Below are positions 18,549-28,478 of a stretch of 64,000 nt of DNA, in pieces. Source of the stretch: an uncultured bacterium (GTDB lineage: Bacteria > Fidelibacterota > Marinisomatia > SCGC-AAA003-L08 > GCA-002704045); contig CAYFPO010000002.1 of the NCBI GenBank assembly GCA_964345035.1, forward strand, positions 16,483 to 80,482, given 5' to 3'. A program made the position numbers and the translations under genes. How positions within the stretch are numbered: position 1 is the first letter of the stretch; every line of letters begins with the position of its first letter. Under the pieces are notes generated by a model that did not search any database, was not told the origin of the DNA, and was given only the letters and a program-made list of their open reading frames with translations.

Positions 18549-20005
18549 AAAAACAGATCATTCACACTTTTTTTTATAATTCTATAAGTTTTCTGATAAG
18601 ATTAACGATCTTTCCAATAATAGTGAAATCGTTCTCTTTATCTGATTATGGAAGCTATGGAATAATTGGACAGATCATTGCATTTGGGACTCTAATTGGT
18701 TCAGCCGAACTTTATTCCTATCTAAGGAAAGAGCTCCCCGGAAAAGATAGAGAATCTCAAATCCAAATGTTTAAGTCAGTTCATATACCTGCAATATTCA
18801 TTCTATCTTTCTTAGTAGTTACAAGTATAGTTTTTGGAATCCCAAGTATGTTATCAAACTTTTTTGGTAATAATGCATACACGGATGTAATAAACATCGC
18901 TATTATGATAATAATCCCATCAGTCTTAGTAACAGATATCATTAGATATTTTAGATCAATTAAACAGATTCAAATATCAAATAAGTTAAATTTCTTATTT
19001 AACCAAGGGTGGGCACTTTCATTAATATTATTTTTCTTTTTTGGTCATCAAATAACATTGTCTTTATGGATCATTAATTATTTGATCTTTGGGATTATAA
19101 CCGCAGTAATAGGATTATATTTTATCGGTTTCAAATCACTTTTAGGTTCAAAAATAAATCTACAAATTATAAAAAATGCTGTAATTTTTAGTTTCATCAT
19201 TTTATTAACAGTCATAATTGCTCAATCTGAATTGATCTTTTCTCGAATGATCATTATAGACCTTTTAAGCATAAAATCTCTCGGATTTTTATATTTTGCA
19301 TCAAAATTACCAGATATTATTTCCAATTTTTCTATTACTATAATTAATCTTGTTTCAAACCCTTATCTAATTGAAACAATTAATAATGGCGATAGAGTTA
19401 ATCAAGCATCCTTAGGTGGGAAAATTATTGTTTCAACATTAACTTTTTACTTTCTATTATCAATCCCTCTTATCCTTAACCTAAATGAAGTTATCTTATT
19501 CATAGGAACTGCTGAATATCTACAAACTATTTCAATGATCAAACTATTGTTCATCATTGGTATTTTTAATACACTCCAGAATCCATTTTATTATTATAAT
19601 TTTGCTAAAGGTTATAAAACCATCATATTAAGAAATAGCATTCTCAAATTCATCATATTGATCTTAGGAACGATCATATTTGTCAATTATTTTGGCATTG
19701 TGGGTGCAGTATATGCGATGATTCTTGGTAGTCTCGTAAACTTGTTACTGTATTATTTACCTCTTAAGAGATCTAATATCATTCAATTCCCGACTAAATT
19801 TTTGAAAGTGTTGACCCCTGCTATTCTTATAACTTTTATCTTATTAGTTTTATCAGCTCAATTAAATATTTTAATCAATAATCAGATAAGTATAATTGTA
19901 ATCCAATACTTTACATCATTTTCAATACCATTATTCATTTTATACATTTTTAAAAAAATTAGAATTGAGAAAGAAAAAAAGGAATTATCAATTGTTTGGA
20001 ATTAG
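18542..20005 (+). CDS. wzx: Wzx-type polysaccharide flippase (MOP superfamily)
   Basis: 487 aa that is almost entirely hydrophobic, with about 12 or more predicted TM segments. This is the typical size and position for Wzx. GTG start overlaps the upstream gene. Confidence 0.75.
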   Translation: MLKKQIIHTFFYNSISFLIRLTIFPIIVKSFSLSDYGSYGIIGQIIAFGTLIGSAELYSYLRKELPGKDRESQIQMFKSVHIPAIFILSFLVVTSIVFGIPSMLSNFFGNNAYTDVINIAIMIIIPSVLVTDIIRYFRSIKQIQISNKLNFLFNQGWALSLILFFFFGHQITLSLWIINYLIFGIITAVIGLYFIGFKSLLGSKINLQIIKNAVIFSFIILLTVIIAQSELIFSRMIIIDLLSIKSLGFLYFASKLPDIISNFSITIINLVSNPYLIETINNGDRVNQASLGGKIIVSTLTFYFLLSIPLILNLNEVILFIGTAEYLQTISMIKLLFIIGIFNTLQNPFYYYNFAKGYKTIILRNSILKFIILILGTIIFVNYFGIVGAVYAMILGSLVNLLLYYLPLKRSNIIQFPTKFLKVLTPAILITFILLVLSAQLNILINNQISIIVIQYFTSFSIPLFILYIFKKIRIEKEKKELSIVWN

Positions 20006-20014
20006 ATTGAAAAA

Positions 20015-21001
20015 ATGAATAGATCTCTCTCAACTTATTTTAATACAGGATGTTTAAGTAAAATAGATTTAATATACTCATTAATTCTTCACAGAATGAT
20101 CTTTTTAAAAAATGCATTTAAGATATCAAATTTGTATAATTTCCAATATTACCAAAATGATAATACAAGTGTTCAAAAAAATATAGTAATAGAAAAATAT
20201 AAAGGAATCAATCCATACGTTTTAAAATTAATCAATTATTTTAATCAAAGGAATACTGTTGATTTGATAGGTGTATATATTCATGGAAGTCTAGCATCGA
20301 ATGAGGAGGTCAAATATAGTGATTTTGATGGACTGATCATCGTTAAGGATGAATGCCTGTCGAGCCCAATTCGATTATATAAGCTTGCTCTTTTAATGTA
20401 TAAGTCTCTAAAAATTATCTATAAAATTGACCCACTTCAACATCATGGATGGTTTGTTTTAACAGAGAGTGATTTAAAAAAATATCCTCAGACTTATTTC
20501 CCTTATGAGATTTTGTATAAGACCAGAGTATTGATCGGTTCATCAGAATTATCATTAACGTTAGAAAGTCCAGATAGAGACTATGTGGATACTTTTAATT
20601 CATTTTCTGAGAGTTTGATGAATCGATTAAAAGATCATAATAAAATTAACACTCTTTATAAAATCAAGAGTTTTTATAGTCAAGTGTTACTTTTACCATC
20701 AAAGTATTATTTATCAAGATTCAATAATGGTATTTATAAAAAGGACAGTTTTCAATTTATTAAACAAGAGTTTGAAAATGATCAATTGGAAGTTCTGGAT
20801 CAAGTATCTTTAGTAAGAGAAAATTGGGATCAGAGTTGTATTAGATGCCAGTTTTTATTTCAGATCATAAATCCACTCTTTAGAAAAGTTATTGTTAATA
20901 CAAATAACAATATTCCTGAATCTTTAAATCTCTTAAAGGATAATTCTTTTCATTTAAAATTAAAAAATTTGATAACTGAAATGCAGGCTAAGTTAGTTTG
21001 A
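20015..21001 (+). CDS. Nucleotidyltransferase-fold (Pol-beta superfamily) protein of unknown function, paralogue A
   Basis: The motif IGVYIHGSLASNEEVKYSDFDGLIIV is a G-S...D-x-D NTase signature. The remainder (about 230 aa) has no recognisable domain. Confidence 0.55.
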   Translation: MNRSLSTYFNTGCLSKIDLIYSLILHRMIFLKNAFKISNLYNFQYYQNDNTSVQKNIVIEKYKGINPYVLKLINYFNQRNTVDLIGVYIHGSLASNEEVKYSDFDGLIIVKDECLSSPIRLYKLALLMYKSLKIIYKIDPLQHHGWFVLTESDLKKYPQTYFPYEILYKTRVLIGSSELSLTLESPDRDYVDTFNSFSESLMNRLKDHNKINTLYKIKSFYSQVLLLPSKYYLSRFNNGIYKKDSFQFIKQEFENDQLEVLDQVSLVRENWDQSCIRCQFLFQIINPLFRKVIVNTNNNIPESLNLLKDNSFHLKLKNLITEMQAKLV

Positions 21002-22134
21002 GATCAACAACAATCAAAAAGATGAATTGTTTATTTATCCCAACTTCATTTCCTTCAAAATTAGAACCATTTCGATGGTCATTTATAAATAATCATCTTC
21101 AAGTTGCAAAATCAATGTTTTGTTCTGTTGTGGTAATTGCAAACATATGGAAAAGTAAAAATATTTTGAATGATAGTTGTGGTAAACATTCAATATTTTT
21201 AGGCGATCAATTATCAAATAGAATAAAAATTTTAGATTTTCCATTAACTATTTATAAATATCTGAAATTGGCAAAGTCTCAACATGAAATTAAAAAATTC
21301 GATATTATATTTAGTCAAGGTATTAAATGGGGGGCAATAATATCCACATTAATATCAAAACTTTTAAAAATTCCAATTTTACTTCATATTCATAATTCAG
21401 GCCCTCAATACAATTCAAAATGGTTCCAGCCTTTAATAAGATATTCATTGAAAAATTCGACCATTATTTTATTTACCAGTCAGTACCAATTTAATAATTA
21501 TCTTGATATGTATCCATTTATTGAAGATAAAAAAAACGAAATTGTAGGAAATCCAGTTGATATAGATTTGTACAATTATGATAGTAAAAGCATTGAACAA
21601 GATATTGTTAATATTCTCTTTGCTGCTCGTCCAATAAAAGCAAAAGGGCTCGAAGAGTTAAAAATAGTAGCAAAGGAGTTAACTGAGTTATATCCCAATC
21701 TTACGATTACGATACTCACTCAATTAGAATTAATTGATAAAAATGAATCCATTTTAATTGAAAATATAAATTCAAGAGTCAAATTGAAGAATTTCAGTAA
21801 TGCTCAAGAATACAAAAATGAGATTGATCATTGTTCTTTTTTCTTATGTTTGTCAAAACATGAAAGTTTTTCTTATGTAATAGCAGAAGCAATTTCATGT
21901 GGTAAACCAATAGTATCTACTAAATGTGGTGGCCCTGAGGATTACATTAATAATTCAAATGGGATAATAATAAAAGATTTTGAGATTTCATCTATTATAG
22001 AGTCAATAAAGTGGATGATCAATAATTTTTCAGAGTTTAAACCAGAAAAAATTAGAGATACTATAACCTCAAATTATTCATACAATATGTATCAACAAAG
22101 GATTGAAGAATTGTTAAGCTCAGAAATAAAATGA
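20998..22134 (+). CDS. Glycosyltransferase family 4 (GT-B)
   Basis: The C-terminal SKHESFSYVIAEAISCGKPIVSTKCGGPEDYI is an E-x7-E type motif. The start is either the TTG at 20998 or the ATG at 21022 (MNCLFIP...). Confidence 0.8.
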   Translation: MRSTTIKKMNCLFIPTSFPSKLEPFRWSFINNHLQVAKSMFCSVVVIANIWKSKNILNDSCGKHSIFLGDQLSNRIKILDFPLTIYKYLKLAKSQHEIKKFDIIFSQGIKWGAIISTLISKLLKIPILLHIHNSGPQYNSKWFQPLIRYSLKNSTIILFTSQYQFNNYLDMYPFIEDKKNEIVGNPVDIDLYNYDSKSIEQDIVNILFAARPIKAKGLEELKIVAKELTELYPNLTITILTQLELIDKNESILIENINSRVKLKNFSNAQEYKNEIDHCSFFLCLSKHESFSYVIAEAISCGKPIVSTKCGGPEDYINNSNGIIIKDFEISSIIESIKWMINNFSEFKPEKIRDTITSNYSYNMYQQRIEELLSSEIK

Positions 22135-23093
22135 AAAAAATACTTTACCCAAAACAAATTAATATAAATAAATATTCAAATTGTATCAATAAAATTGTAG
22201 AAAAGTTTTCGAGAGAACCGCATGTTGTTTCTATTTATCAAATTGGATCTGTTACAACTCCAGGAATTTCTGATATTGATTTATTAATAGTATTTAAGGA
22301 TAATTCATCTAATAAAGAAGACCCAAGATCTGATTTAAACTATGATGAGAAATACTTAGTTGTACACAGATTATTTGGTACTACTGTATCTGATTTTTTA
22401 ATGACCCCTCTCTATAGCACTATAAAAACTACAAAAATTTTATATGGAGATTTGCTAACTCCAATAAATAAAGTAAACAAAAATAAAGTAAAGGAATTAG
22501 AGATACAGTCAGGGTTTGAATATTTGATTCAGTTTTACATTTCTTTATCGGTTCAAATTAGATATAAAGTTTTGAAGGTCAGACCATTATTACTCCATGT
22601 AAAGGGATTATTGATCGATCTTGAATACTTGGGAATAGAGAATGAAAAAGTAAATCAAAAAATAGATGAAATATTAACCATCAGAGAAAATTGGTTTTCT
22701 GGTAATTATTCGTCTAAATTGGAAAAATTAGTTTTAGAATTGTTTCTACTTCTTCAAAAGATCTTCGATGATATTTTTTCTTTATTTAAATTTTATATTC
22801 CTTTACGTAAAAACAATATAAAAATTTCTAGAAACATCAAACTGACTCAATCTGATCAATTTAGTTCAAAGTGTAAAGGAATTAAAATTCCAGCCCAATT
22901 CTCATTTAATTCAATAAGATACTTTAATCTATTAAATAGGTTGAATTGTTTTGAGTTTTTACTTCCATTAACTTCGATTGAAAAAAATAAATTCTTAAAA
23001 GATCGAATTGATCATTTAGTTCGTATAAAAAACTATAATAAACAGTTTTTGCCACATTTTCATCCATTAATTCCAAGTTTGAATTATTTTTAA
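22131..23093 (+). CDS. Nucleotidyltransferase-fold protein of unknown function, paralogue B
   Basis: NTase signature VVSIYQIGSVTTPGISDIDLLIVF. Further weak similarity to ORF 20015-21001 is visible: VHRLFGTTVSDFL versus HHGWFVLTESDL, and KTTKILYGDLL versus KTRVLIGSSEL. Confidence 0.55.
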   Translation: MKKILYPKQININKYSNCINKIVEKFSREPHVVSIYQIGSVTTPGISDIDLLIVFKDNSSNKEDPRSDLNYDEKYLVVHRLFGTTVSDFLMTPLYSTIKTTKILYGDLLTPINKVNKNKVKELEIQSGFEYLIQFYISLSVQIRYKVLKVRPLLLHVKGLLIDLEYLGIENEKVNQKIDEILTIRENWFSGNYSSKLEKLVLELFLLLQKIFDDIFSLFKFYIPLRKNNIKISRNIKLTQSDQFSSKCKGIKIPAQFSFNSIRYFNLLNRLNCFEFLLPLTSIEKNKFLKDRIDHLVRIKNYNKQFLPHFHPLIPSLNYF

Positions 23094-23099
23094 AATGAT

Positions 23100-24431
23100 A
23101 TGAGATCAGTAAAACCATCACAAATTATTGATAATATCTTAAATAGATATACAAATGAAGAAGGATTGTTATCAAGAACATATCCCTCATCTAATAATCA
23201 TCTATTATCAGATCTAGATGATTACCTACCATTTTTACTTTACTATGACCAATTTGATTATGCAAAAAATCAAGTAACAAAAAGTGTGGAATTGTTAGGA
23301 CTAAATAAATTGGTATATAAGAATGGTAGATTAATCTCATATCTAAATAATGAGTACATCGGAGGAATTTTACATTTATATAATAAAACAAAAGATGATG
23401 ATCTGAAGCTTATTCTATCTCATATTTCTGAGGAATTAAGTTCAGATTTAACTATTGATAACATATTGATTTCTTATAAGGATGAGAATGGGAATAAATC
23501 TAAGATAGCCACCCCTTTATCTGGAGGATTACTAGAAGTAATCATTGAACTTTCAGAGTACTTCCCTGAATTATTAGAAATAGCAACCCAAACAATTAAT
23601 TTTTGGTTAAATTCTAATTTTTATCAGAAATATAGTTTATTCCCTTCAAAATATCATATTTCATCATCAAGATGGAATAGGATATTCATGAAATCTAAGA
23701 TGTTTATTCCTTTAAAGATTCAGAATAGATTAGGTGCAAATTTTTATCACCAAAAAAAATGGAATGATTATCTTTATAAAATGCCGATAGGGATCAAAGT
23801 ACAAACTGCAAAAGATAATACAAATTTAATATTTTCAATAATTGAGTTGTATAGAAAAACTAGAGATGAAAAGTATAAAAATCATTTGTACAATTGGGTT
23901 AAAAGTTTTTCAAAAACAATGACAAAGGATAACGATGTATATAGGTTTTGGCAGTTAAATGATAAGTTATATTTTGTTTCATTGGACCATATTTTCCCTA
24001 TTATTGATATCCTTTGTGATATTTACTATTTTGTAGAAAGAGATAAGTATTTTATAGAGCTTGCCAGAAATATTATTGATAGATGTTTAACAAATTATCT
24101 ATGGGAAAATGGTCTTTTCCCTAAGGAGAAAACTGGGAAAGTAAATCATATAGATATTCAAACAGATTTTATAGTTTCATTAAAAAGAATGTATGAAATT
24201 ACAGGAGATGTAAAATATAACGAAGCAGCGAAGTCGATTTTTAATTCTATTTTACAATATCACTATTCTGATGAGGGTTATGTCACTAAAGTTGATGTTT
24301 ATGGGATTCAAGTTGATCAGAAAATTGAACCCAAATATAATGCTTTATTATTAAAAGCATTTATATTGATTGAGGATAGATTCTCAATTTATCACTCTAA
24401 AGAAAATCATAGTTTAATGAAGGATCGATAA
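23100..24431 (+). CDS. Hypothetical protein, possibly alpha/alpha-toroid fold
   Basis: 443 aa, soluble and helix-rich, with recurring aromatic-rich segments. No catalytic motif could be recognised by eye. Confidence 0.4.
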   Translation: MRSVKPSQIIDNILNRYTNEEGLLSRTYPSSNNHLLSDLDDYLPFLLYYDQFDYAKNQVTKSVELLGLNKLVYKNGRLISYLNNEYIGGILHLYNKTKDDDLKLILSHISEELSSDLTIDNILISYKDENGNKSKIATPLSGGLLEVIIELSEYFPELLEIATQTINFWLNSNFYQKYSLFPSKYHISSSRWNRIFMKSKMFIPLKIQNRLGANFYHQKKWNDYLYKMPIGIKVQTAKDNTNLIFSIIELYRKTRDEKYKNHLYNWVKSFSKTMTKDNDVYRFWQLNDKLYFVSLDHIFPIIDILCDIYYFVERDKYFIELARNIIDRCLTNYLWENGLFPKEKTGKVNHIDIQTDFIVSLKRMYEITGDVKYNEAAKSIFNSILQYHYSDEGYVTKVDVYGIQVDQKIEPKYNALLLKAFILIEDRFSIYHSKENHSLMKDR

Positions 24432-25399
24432 TGTTTATTATTAAAAGTATATTATTGTTTATTTACAGATTAGTTTACATACAGAAGATTTCAGTCTTGA
24501 ATGTAAAGAGGTTATTTATAAACTCTTTTAAAAAATCCAATGATAAAGATCTAATAAGAAGTGAAATGCGTCATATTGCACATATGTTAGAAAAATCACT
24601 TGAAAATAAATCAAACAAAGATATTTCAATTGAAAAAAATGAAAAATGTTACCATAGATTAGGATTTTTAATTTCAATTTGGAAACAAGAATACAAAGTT
24701 TTACCTAAAGATATAAAATGGACACAAAAGATATATAATGAGTATACTAATCATCGAGAGACTGGATGGTATTGTATATTATTAGATAAAATTGAAAGTA
24801 AATTAAGGGGTATAAAGGAAATAGAAAATAATCAGGGTGGATTGTGTAAAGTAGCTGAAATCGATTTGTTACAATTAATGAAGGGTCGTAGATCAATTCG
24901 AAGTTGGAAACCTGATAGAATCACAAATGAAGAGATAAATTTATTAATTGAAGCTGCTGCATCAGCACCAAATTCTTGTAATAGACAAACTAATAGATTT
25001 ATAGTAATACAGAAACGAAAAACTATCGGAGATATTTCTAGAACAATTAAAGGTGGTAGATCCTTTTTTTATAAAGCCCCATTACTTATAATTGTTTTAA
25101 ATGACCTTAGAAGATATCAATTCCCTGATGAGCTTCATACTCCCTTTCAGGATGCTGCTGCTGCAATTGAAAATATGCTTTTAATGGCATATAGAATTGG
25201 GCTTGGTGCTTGCTGGGGCTCATACACTTCAAATACTTTATTAATTTTAAATGAAAAAAAGATTAATAAGATGTTGAAAATTCCAAATTATTTTTCAATT
25301 TCTGGAGTCGTGGCAATCGGAAAACCAAATATGCGAGTCTGTTTTATCCCCAGACCGAACATAGAGGAAATAACAAATTACGAGGTTTATTCAGGATAA
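24431..25399 (+). CDS. Nitroreductase-family flavoprotein with ~150-aa N-terminal extension
   Basis: The C-terminal half (RRSIRSWKPDRITNEEINLLIEAAASAPNSCNRQ...FQDAAAAIENMLL) is nitroreductase-like. The N-terminus is hydrophobic and then of unknown type. Confidence 0.7.
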   Translation: MFIIKSILLFIYRLVYIQKISVLNVKRLFINSFKKSNDKDLIRSEMRHIAHMLEKSLENKSNKDISIEKNEKCYHRLGFLISIWKQEYKVLPKDIKWTQKIYNEYTNHRETGWYCILLDKIESKLRGIKEIENNQGGLCKVAEIDLLQLMKGRRSIRSWKPDRITNEEINLLIEAAASAPNSCNRQTNRFIVIQKRKTIGDISRTIKGGRSFFYKAPLLIIVLNDLRRYQFPDELHTPFQDAAAAIENMLLMAYRIGLGACWGSYTSNTLLILNEKKINKMLKIPNYFSISGVVAIGKPNMRVCFIPRPNIEEITNYEVYSG

Positions 25400-27255
25400 T
25401 GTGTGGGATTGCAGGATATTGGTCCAAAAATAAATTAATCGATAAATGTATGTTATCGAAAATGGGAGATGCTATTTCACATAGAGGTCCTGATCATCAA
25501 GGCATTCATTTAAATGATAAATTCAATTTTGGGATGGTTAATCAAAGACTGTCAATTATAGATATTAATCCAAGATCACATCAACCATTTCATACAAAAA
25601 ATAAAAAATATTCAATTGTTTTTAATGGAGAAATTTATAATTACAAGAATCTAAGAGAAGAGTTAATTGGGTTAGGTTATAAATTTGAAACTGAGTGTGA
25701 CACTGAAGTCATTCTTTATTTATTTGAAGAGTTTGGGATTGGGTCATTAAATAGATTAAATGGAATGTTTGCCTTTTCAATTTTTGATAATGAGAAAGGT
25801 GAAATTTTTATTGCAAGAGATAGGTTGGGCATTAAACCACTTTACTATTATCTACATGAGGGAGTTTTTGCATACACATCAGACCTAAATGCATTTTCAG
25901 TTAATTCATTTATTGAAAAAACAATAAATAGAGATAGTATTAGTCAATTCCTTTTTTTTGATTACATTCCTCAACCCAACTCTATTTATAATAATGTAAT
26001 GAAGTTATTACCAGGGCATTATTTAATATTGGATAAGTCATTTAGAATTAAAATGAAGAAATATTGGGATATTGATTTATCTAAGTATATTCTCGATCAT
26101 AGTGATATTGTAAATCAGTTTTTAGAATTATTTCACGATAGTGTATCCATTAGAATCAATGCAGATGTAAAAGTTGGAGCATTTTTAAGTGGAGGTTTAG
26201 ATTCTTCGGCAGTAATATCAGGAATGAAAGGAGAATTTTCCACCTATACTATTGGATTTGATTATGCAACAAATGATTTAGATGTTAAAAGGTCAAAATT
26301 AATGACTGAGAAATTTAGTTTAAACAATATATTAACACTAATCGGTGAAAAAGAACTTAAAAACTTCACCAAATATCTATCCATTTTAGATGAACCGATT
26401 TCAGAATCTTCAATGGTTTCATTACTGGCTAATTTTAAGAGAATTAAAGAAGATAATGTAAAAGTAATTTTAACAGGAGATGGCGCTGATGAATTGCTAG
26501 GAGGATATAAACATTTTTTTAAATTGCTCCAATTCTATAATATACCTAAATACAAAAATAGATTACATAGATTTTGCTATACTATTATAAGTAGTTTATT
26601 ATCAGGTATAAACTCAAGAAACAAAATAGGAAAATATAGAGATCTAATTATTAAAAGAAACATAGAATTAATAAATTCAAATTCAATTTCTCAAGCACAC
26701 CAAATTATGTTTTCAGCTAGAAATGCAAATAGCCTAAAAAAAATATTGGGCGATAATTTTCGATTGGAATTAGATAATTACTCAAAATATTTATATATTG
26801 ACAACGAATTAAGTTTAAAAAATATTTTATTCAACGAAACAAAAACTTCTTTGGTAAATAGACATCTATCAAAAATAGATAAAGTTTCTATGGCTAATAG
26901 TATTGAAGCAAGGGTACCATTTTTAGACCATCGATTAGTTGAGTTCGTATATAAAATACCAGACCATTATAAATGTGAAAAGAAAATACTAAAACTTGCT
27001 ATGAAAAATATTTTACCAAACAAAATTATTACTGATAAAAAACGTGGATTTAGCTTACCGATTCAGAATTGGACTCATAATATAATACTTAAGAAGATTG
27101 AAGAATTTATTATTTTTGATAATTTGATAGATGTAGGATTAATCAAAAGCAATAATGTAGATAAAATAATTATTGAAACAAAAAATCAACGAATTGACCA
27201 TAGTAGAACTATTTGGAATTTTTTTGTTTTATCACAATGGCTCGAAAAGAATTAA
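25399..27255 (+). CDS. Glutamine-dependent amidotransferase of the asparagine synthase B family (WbpS/PseA-like)
   Basis: MCGIAGYW provides the Cys2 glutaminase nucleophile. The PP-loop AFLSGGLDSSAV is present. 618 aa. Confidence 0.88.
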   Translation: MCGIAGYWSKNKLIDKCMLSKMGDAISHRGPDHQGIHLNDKFNFGMVNQRLSIIDINPRSHQPFHTKNKKYSIVFNGEIYNYKNLREELIGLGYKFETECDTEVILYLFEEFGIGSLNRLNGMFAFSIFDNEKGEIFIARDRLGIKPLYYYLHEGVFAYTSDLNAFSVNSFIEKTINRDSISQFLFFDYIPQPNSIYNNVMKLLPGHYLILDKSFRIKMKKYWDIDLSKYILDHSDIVNQFLELFHDSVSIRINADVKVGAFLSGGLDSSAVISGMKGEFSTYTIGFDYATNDLDVKRSKLMTEKFSLNNILTLIGEKELKNFTKYLSILDEPISESSMVSLLANFKRIKEDNVKVILTGDGADELLGGYKHFFKLLQFYNIPKYKNRLHRFCYTIISSLLSGINSRNKIGKYRDLIIKRNIELINSNSISQAHQIMFSARNANSLKKILGDNFRLELDNYSKYLYIDNELSLKNILFNETKTSLVNRHLSKIDKVSMANSIEARVPFLDHRLVEFVYKIPDHYKCEKKILKLAMKNILPNKIITDKKRGFSLPIQNWTHNIILKKIEEFIIFDNLIDVGLIKSNNVDKIIIETKNQRIDHSRTIWNFFVLSQWLEKN

Positions 27256-27265
27256 TAAAAATTAT

Positions 27266-28453
27266 ATGAAAAGATTAACAGCAGGGATTATTCATCCTAT
27301 TCCCGCACCTTACCGAGATAGATTTTTTACAGAATTATCCAATATACTACTTCAAGATAATATTCAATTGAATCTATTTTTTGAATATGGATCTATTAAA
27401 AGAAGATTGTTTTGGAATATAGATACAACATTAAAAAAACAAAAATATAGATATATTTTTTTAAAAACTTCTCTATTCAAAAAAAAATCAATTAATCCAA
27501 TATCTGTACCAAGTATAAAATCCATTCATCAGATTTTTAAATTGGATGCATCAGTTTATATATGTACTGGTTTTTCATTGCACACGATTATTTGTTTTTT
27601 TATCTGTTATTTAAAAAAAATCCCCTTTATTATATGGACAGGTGAAAATAAATTTAGTTATAAAATTGGATTTATAAGAAAATTGATTAGAAAATATTTA
27701 ATTAACAAAACCAGTTTATTATTATCATATGGGAGTGCAACAAACCAATATTATATTGATAATTATAATTATCCTGAAAAAAAGATTTGTAAATTAATTA
27801 ATTCAATTCCAATAAAACATAAATTGGAAATTGAAAATGCAATTAAAATTAAAATAAAACAATTAAGAGAAAAAAAAATAAAACTAATTTTTATAGGAGA
27901 GTTAAGAAAGAAAAAGGGTGTTTTATATTTTAAAAATTTATTAATAGAGATTAATAAATCTCTAATTGGGTATACTATTGAATTCACGATTATTGGTGAA
28001 GGTAAATTTGAGAAAAAGTTGAAAGACCAATTTATTGGATTGGATGATAGTATAAAAATTTCATTTTTAGGGAGACTAAGTAATGATAAAGTTTTACAGA
28101 AATTATCAAAACACCATTTTTTAATCTTTCCTACTTTAGGTGAACCCTGGGGGCATGTTATATCCGAGGCATTCCATGTTGGGACTCCAGTATTATCAAG
28201 TAAATATGCTGGAGCTATTTACGATATTCTCGAACATTCTCAGAATGGATTTGTTGTAGATTTTACAGCACCAAATGAAGTTTCAAAGACAATAAAAGAA
28301 ATAATTGTAAAACATGATGATTACATTCAAATGTGTAAAGATTGTTATTTAAATAGTAATAATCACGATCGCTCAGTAGAAAATGCTCAAAAACTGAAAT
28401 CAGCAATTTTAAATTTGATTAATAAAAAAAACACCTTGATAAGTTCAAATTAA
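27266..28453 (+). CDS. Glycosyltransferase family 4 (GT-B)
   Basis: FPTLGEPWGHVISEAFHVGTPVLSSKYAGA is GT4-type. The ATG at 27266 lies just after the asnB-like stop, whereas the ORF-track start at 27173 lies inside the previous gene. Confidence 0.8.
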   Translation: MKRLTAGIIHPIPAPYRDRFFTELSNILLQDNIQLNLFFEYGSIKRRLFWNIDTTLKKQKYRYIFLKTSLFKKKSINPISVPSIKSIHQIFKLDASVYICTGFSLHTIICFFICYLKKIPFIIWTGENKFSYKIGFIRKLIRKYLINKTSLLLSYGSATNQYYIDNYNYPEKKICKLINSIPIKHKLEIENAIKIKIKQLREKKIKLIFIGELRKKKGVLYFKNLLIEINKSLIGYTIEFTIIGEGKFEKKLKDQFIGLDDSIKISFLGRLSNDKVLQKLSKHHFLIFPTLGEPWGHVISEAFHVGTPVLSSKYAGAIYDILEHSQNGFVVDFTAPNEVSKTIKEIIVKHDDYIQMCKDCYLNSNNHDRSVENAQKLKSAILNLINKKNTLISSN

Positions 28454-28478
28454 TAATTGAATTTCAGTAAGTTTTTAG

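Noticed and set aside
23100-27255. A possible RiPP cluster: AsnB-like lasso cyclase, SagB/McbC-like nitroreductase dehydrogenase and a LanC-like toroid
   Set aside because: The AsnB homologue keeps the MCG glutaminase nucleophile, which is typical of true amidotransferases rather than lasso cyclases. The 443-aa protein lacks the Cys/His zinc-ligand motifs of LanC. No short precursor ORF, protease or cyclodehydratase is present. The genes are embedded in, and translationally coupled to, glycan genes.
27173-27265. The N-terminal extension of the GT4 ORF in the track, and similar extensions at 10654-10683, 41522-41563 and 48193-48213
   Set aside because: These extensions run inside the preceding gene. 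In-frame ATG or GTG codons immediately after the upstream stop give canonical N-termini (MKRLTAG..., MKVLITGSSG..., the signal peptide MKVRYLAL..., and MKWYSLRV...).
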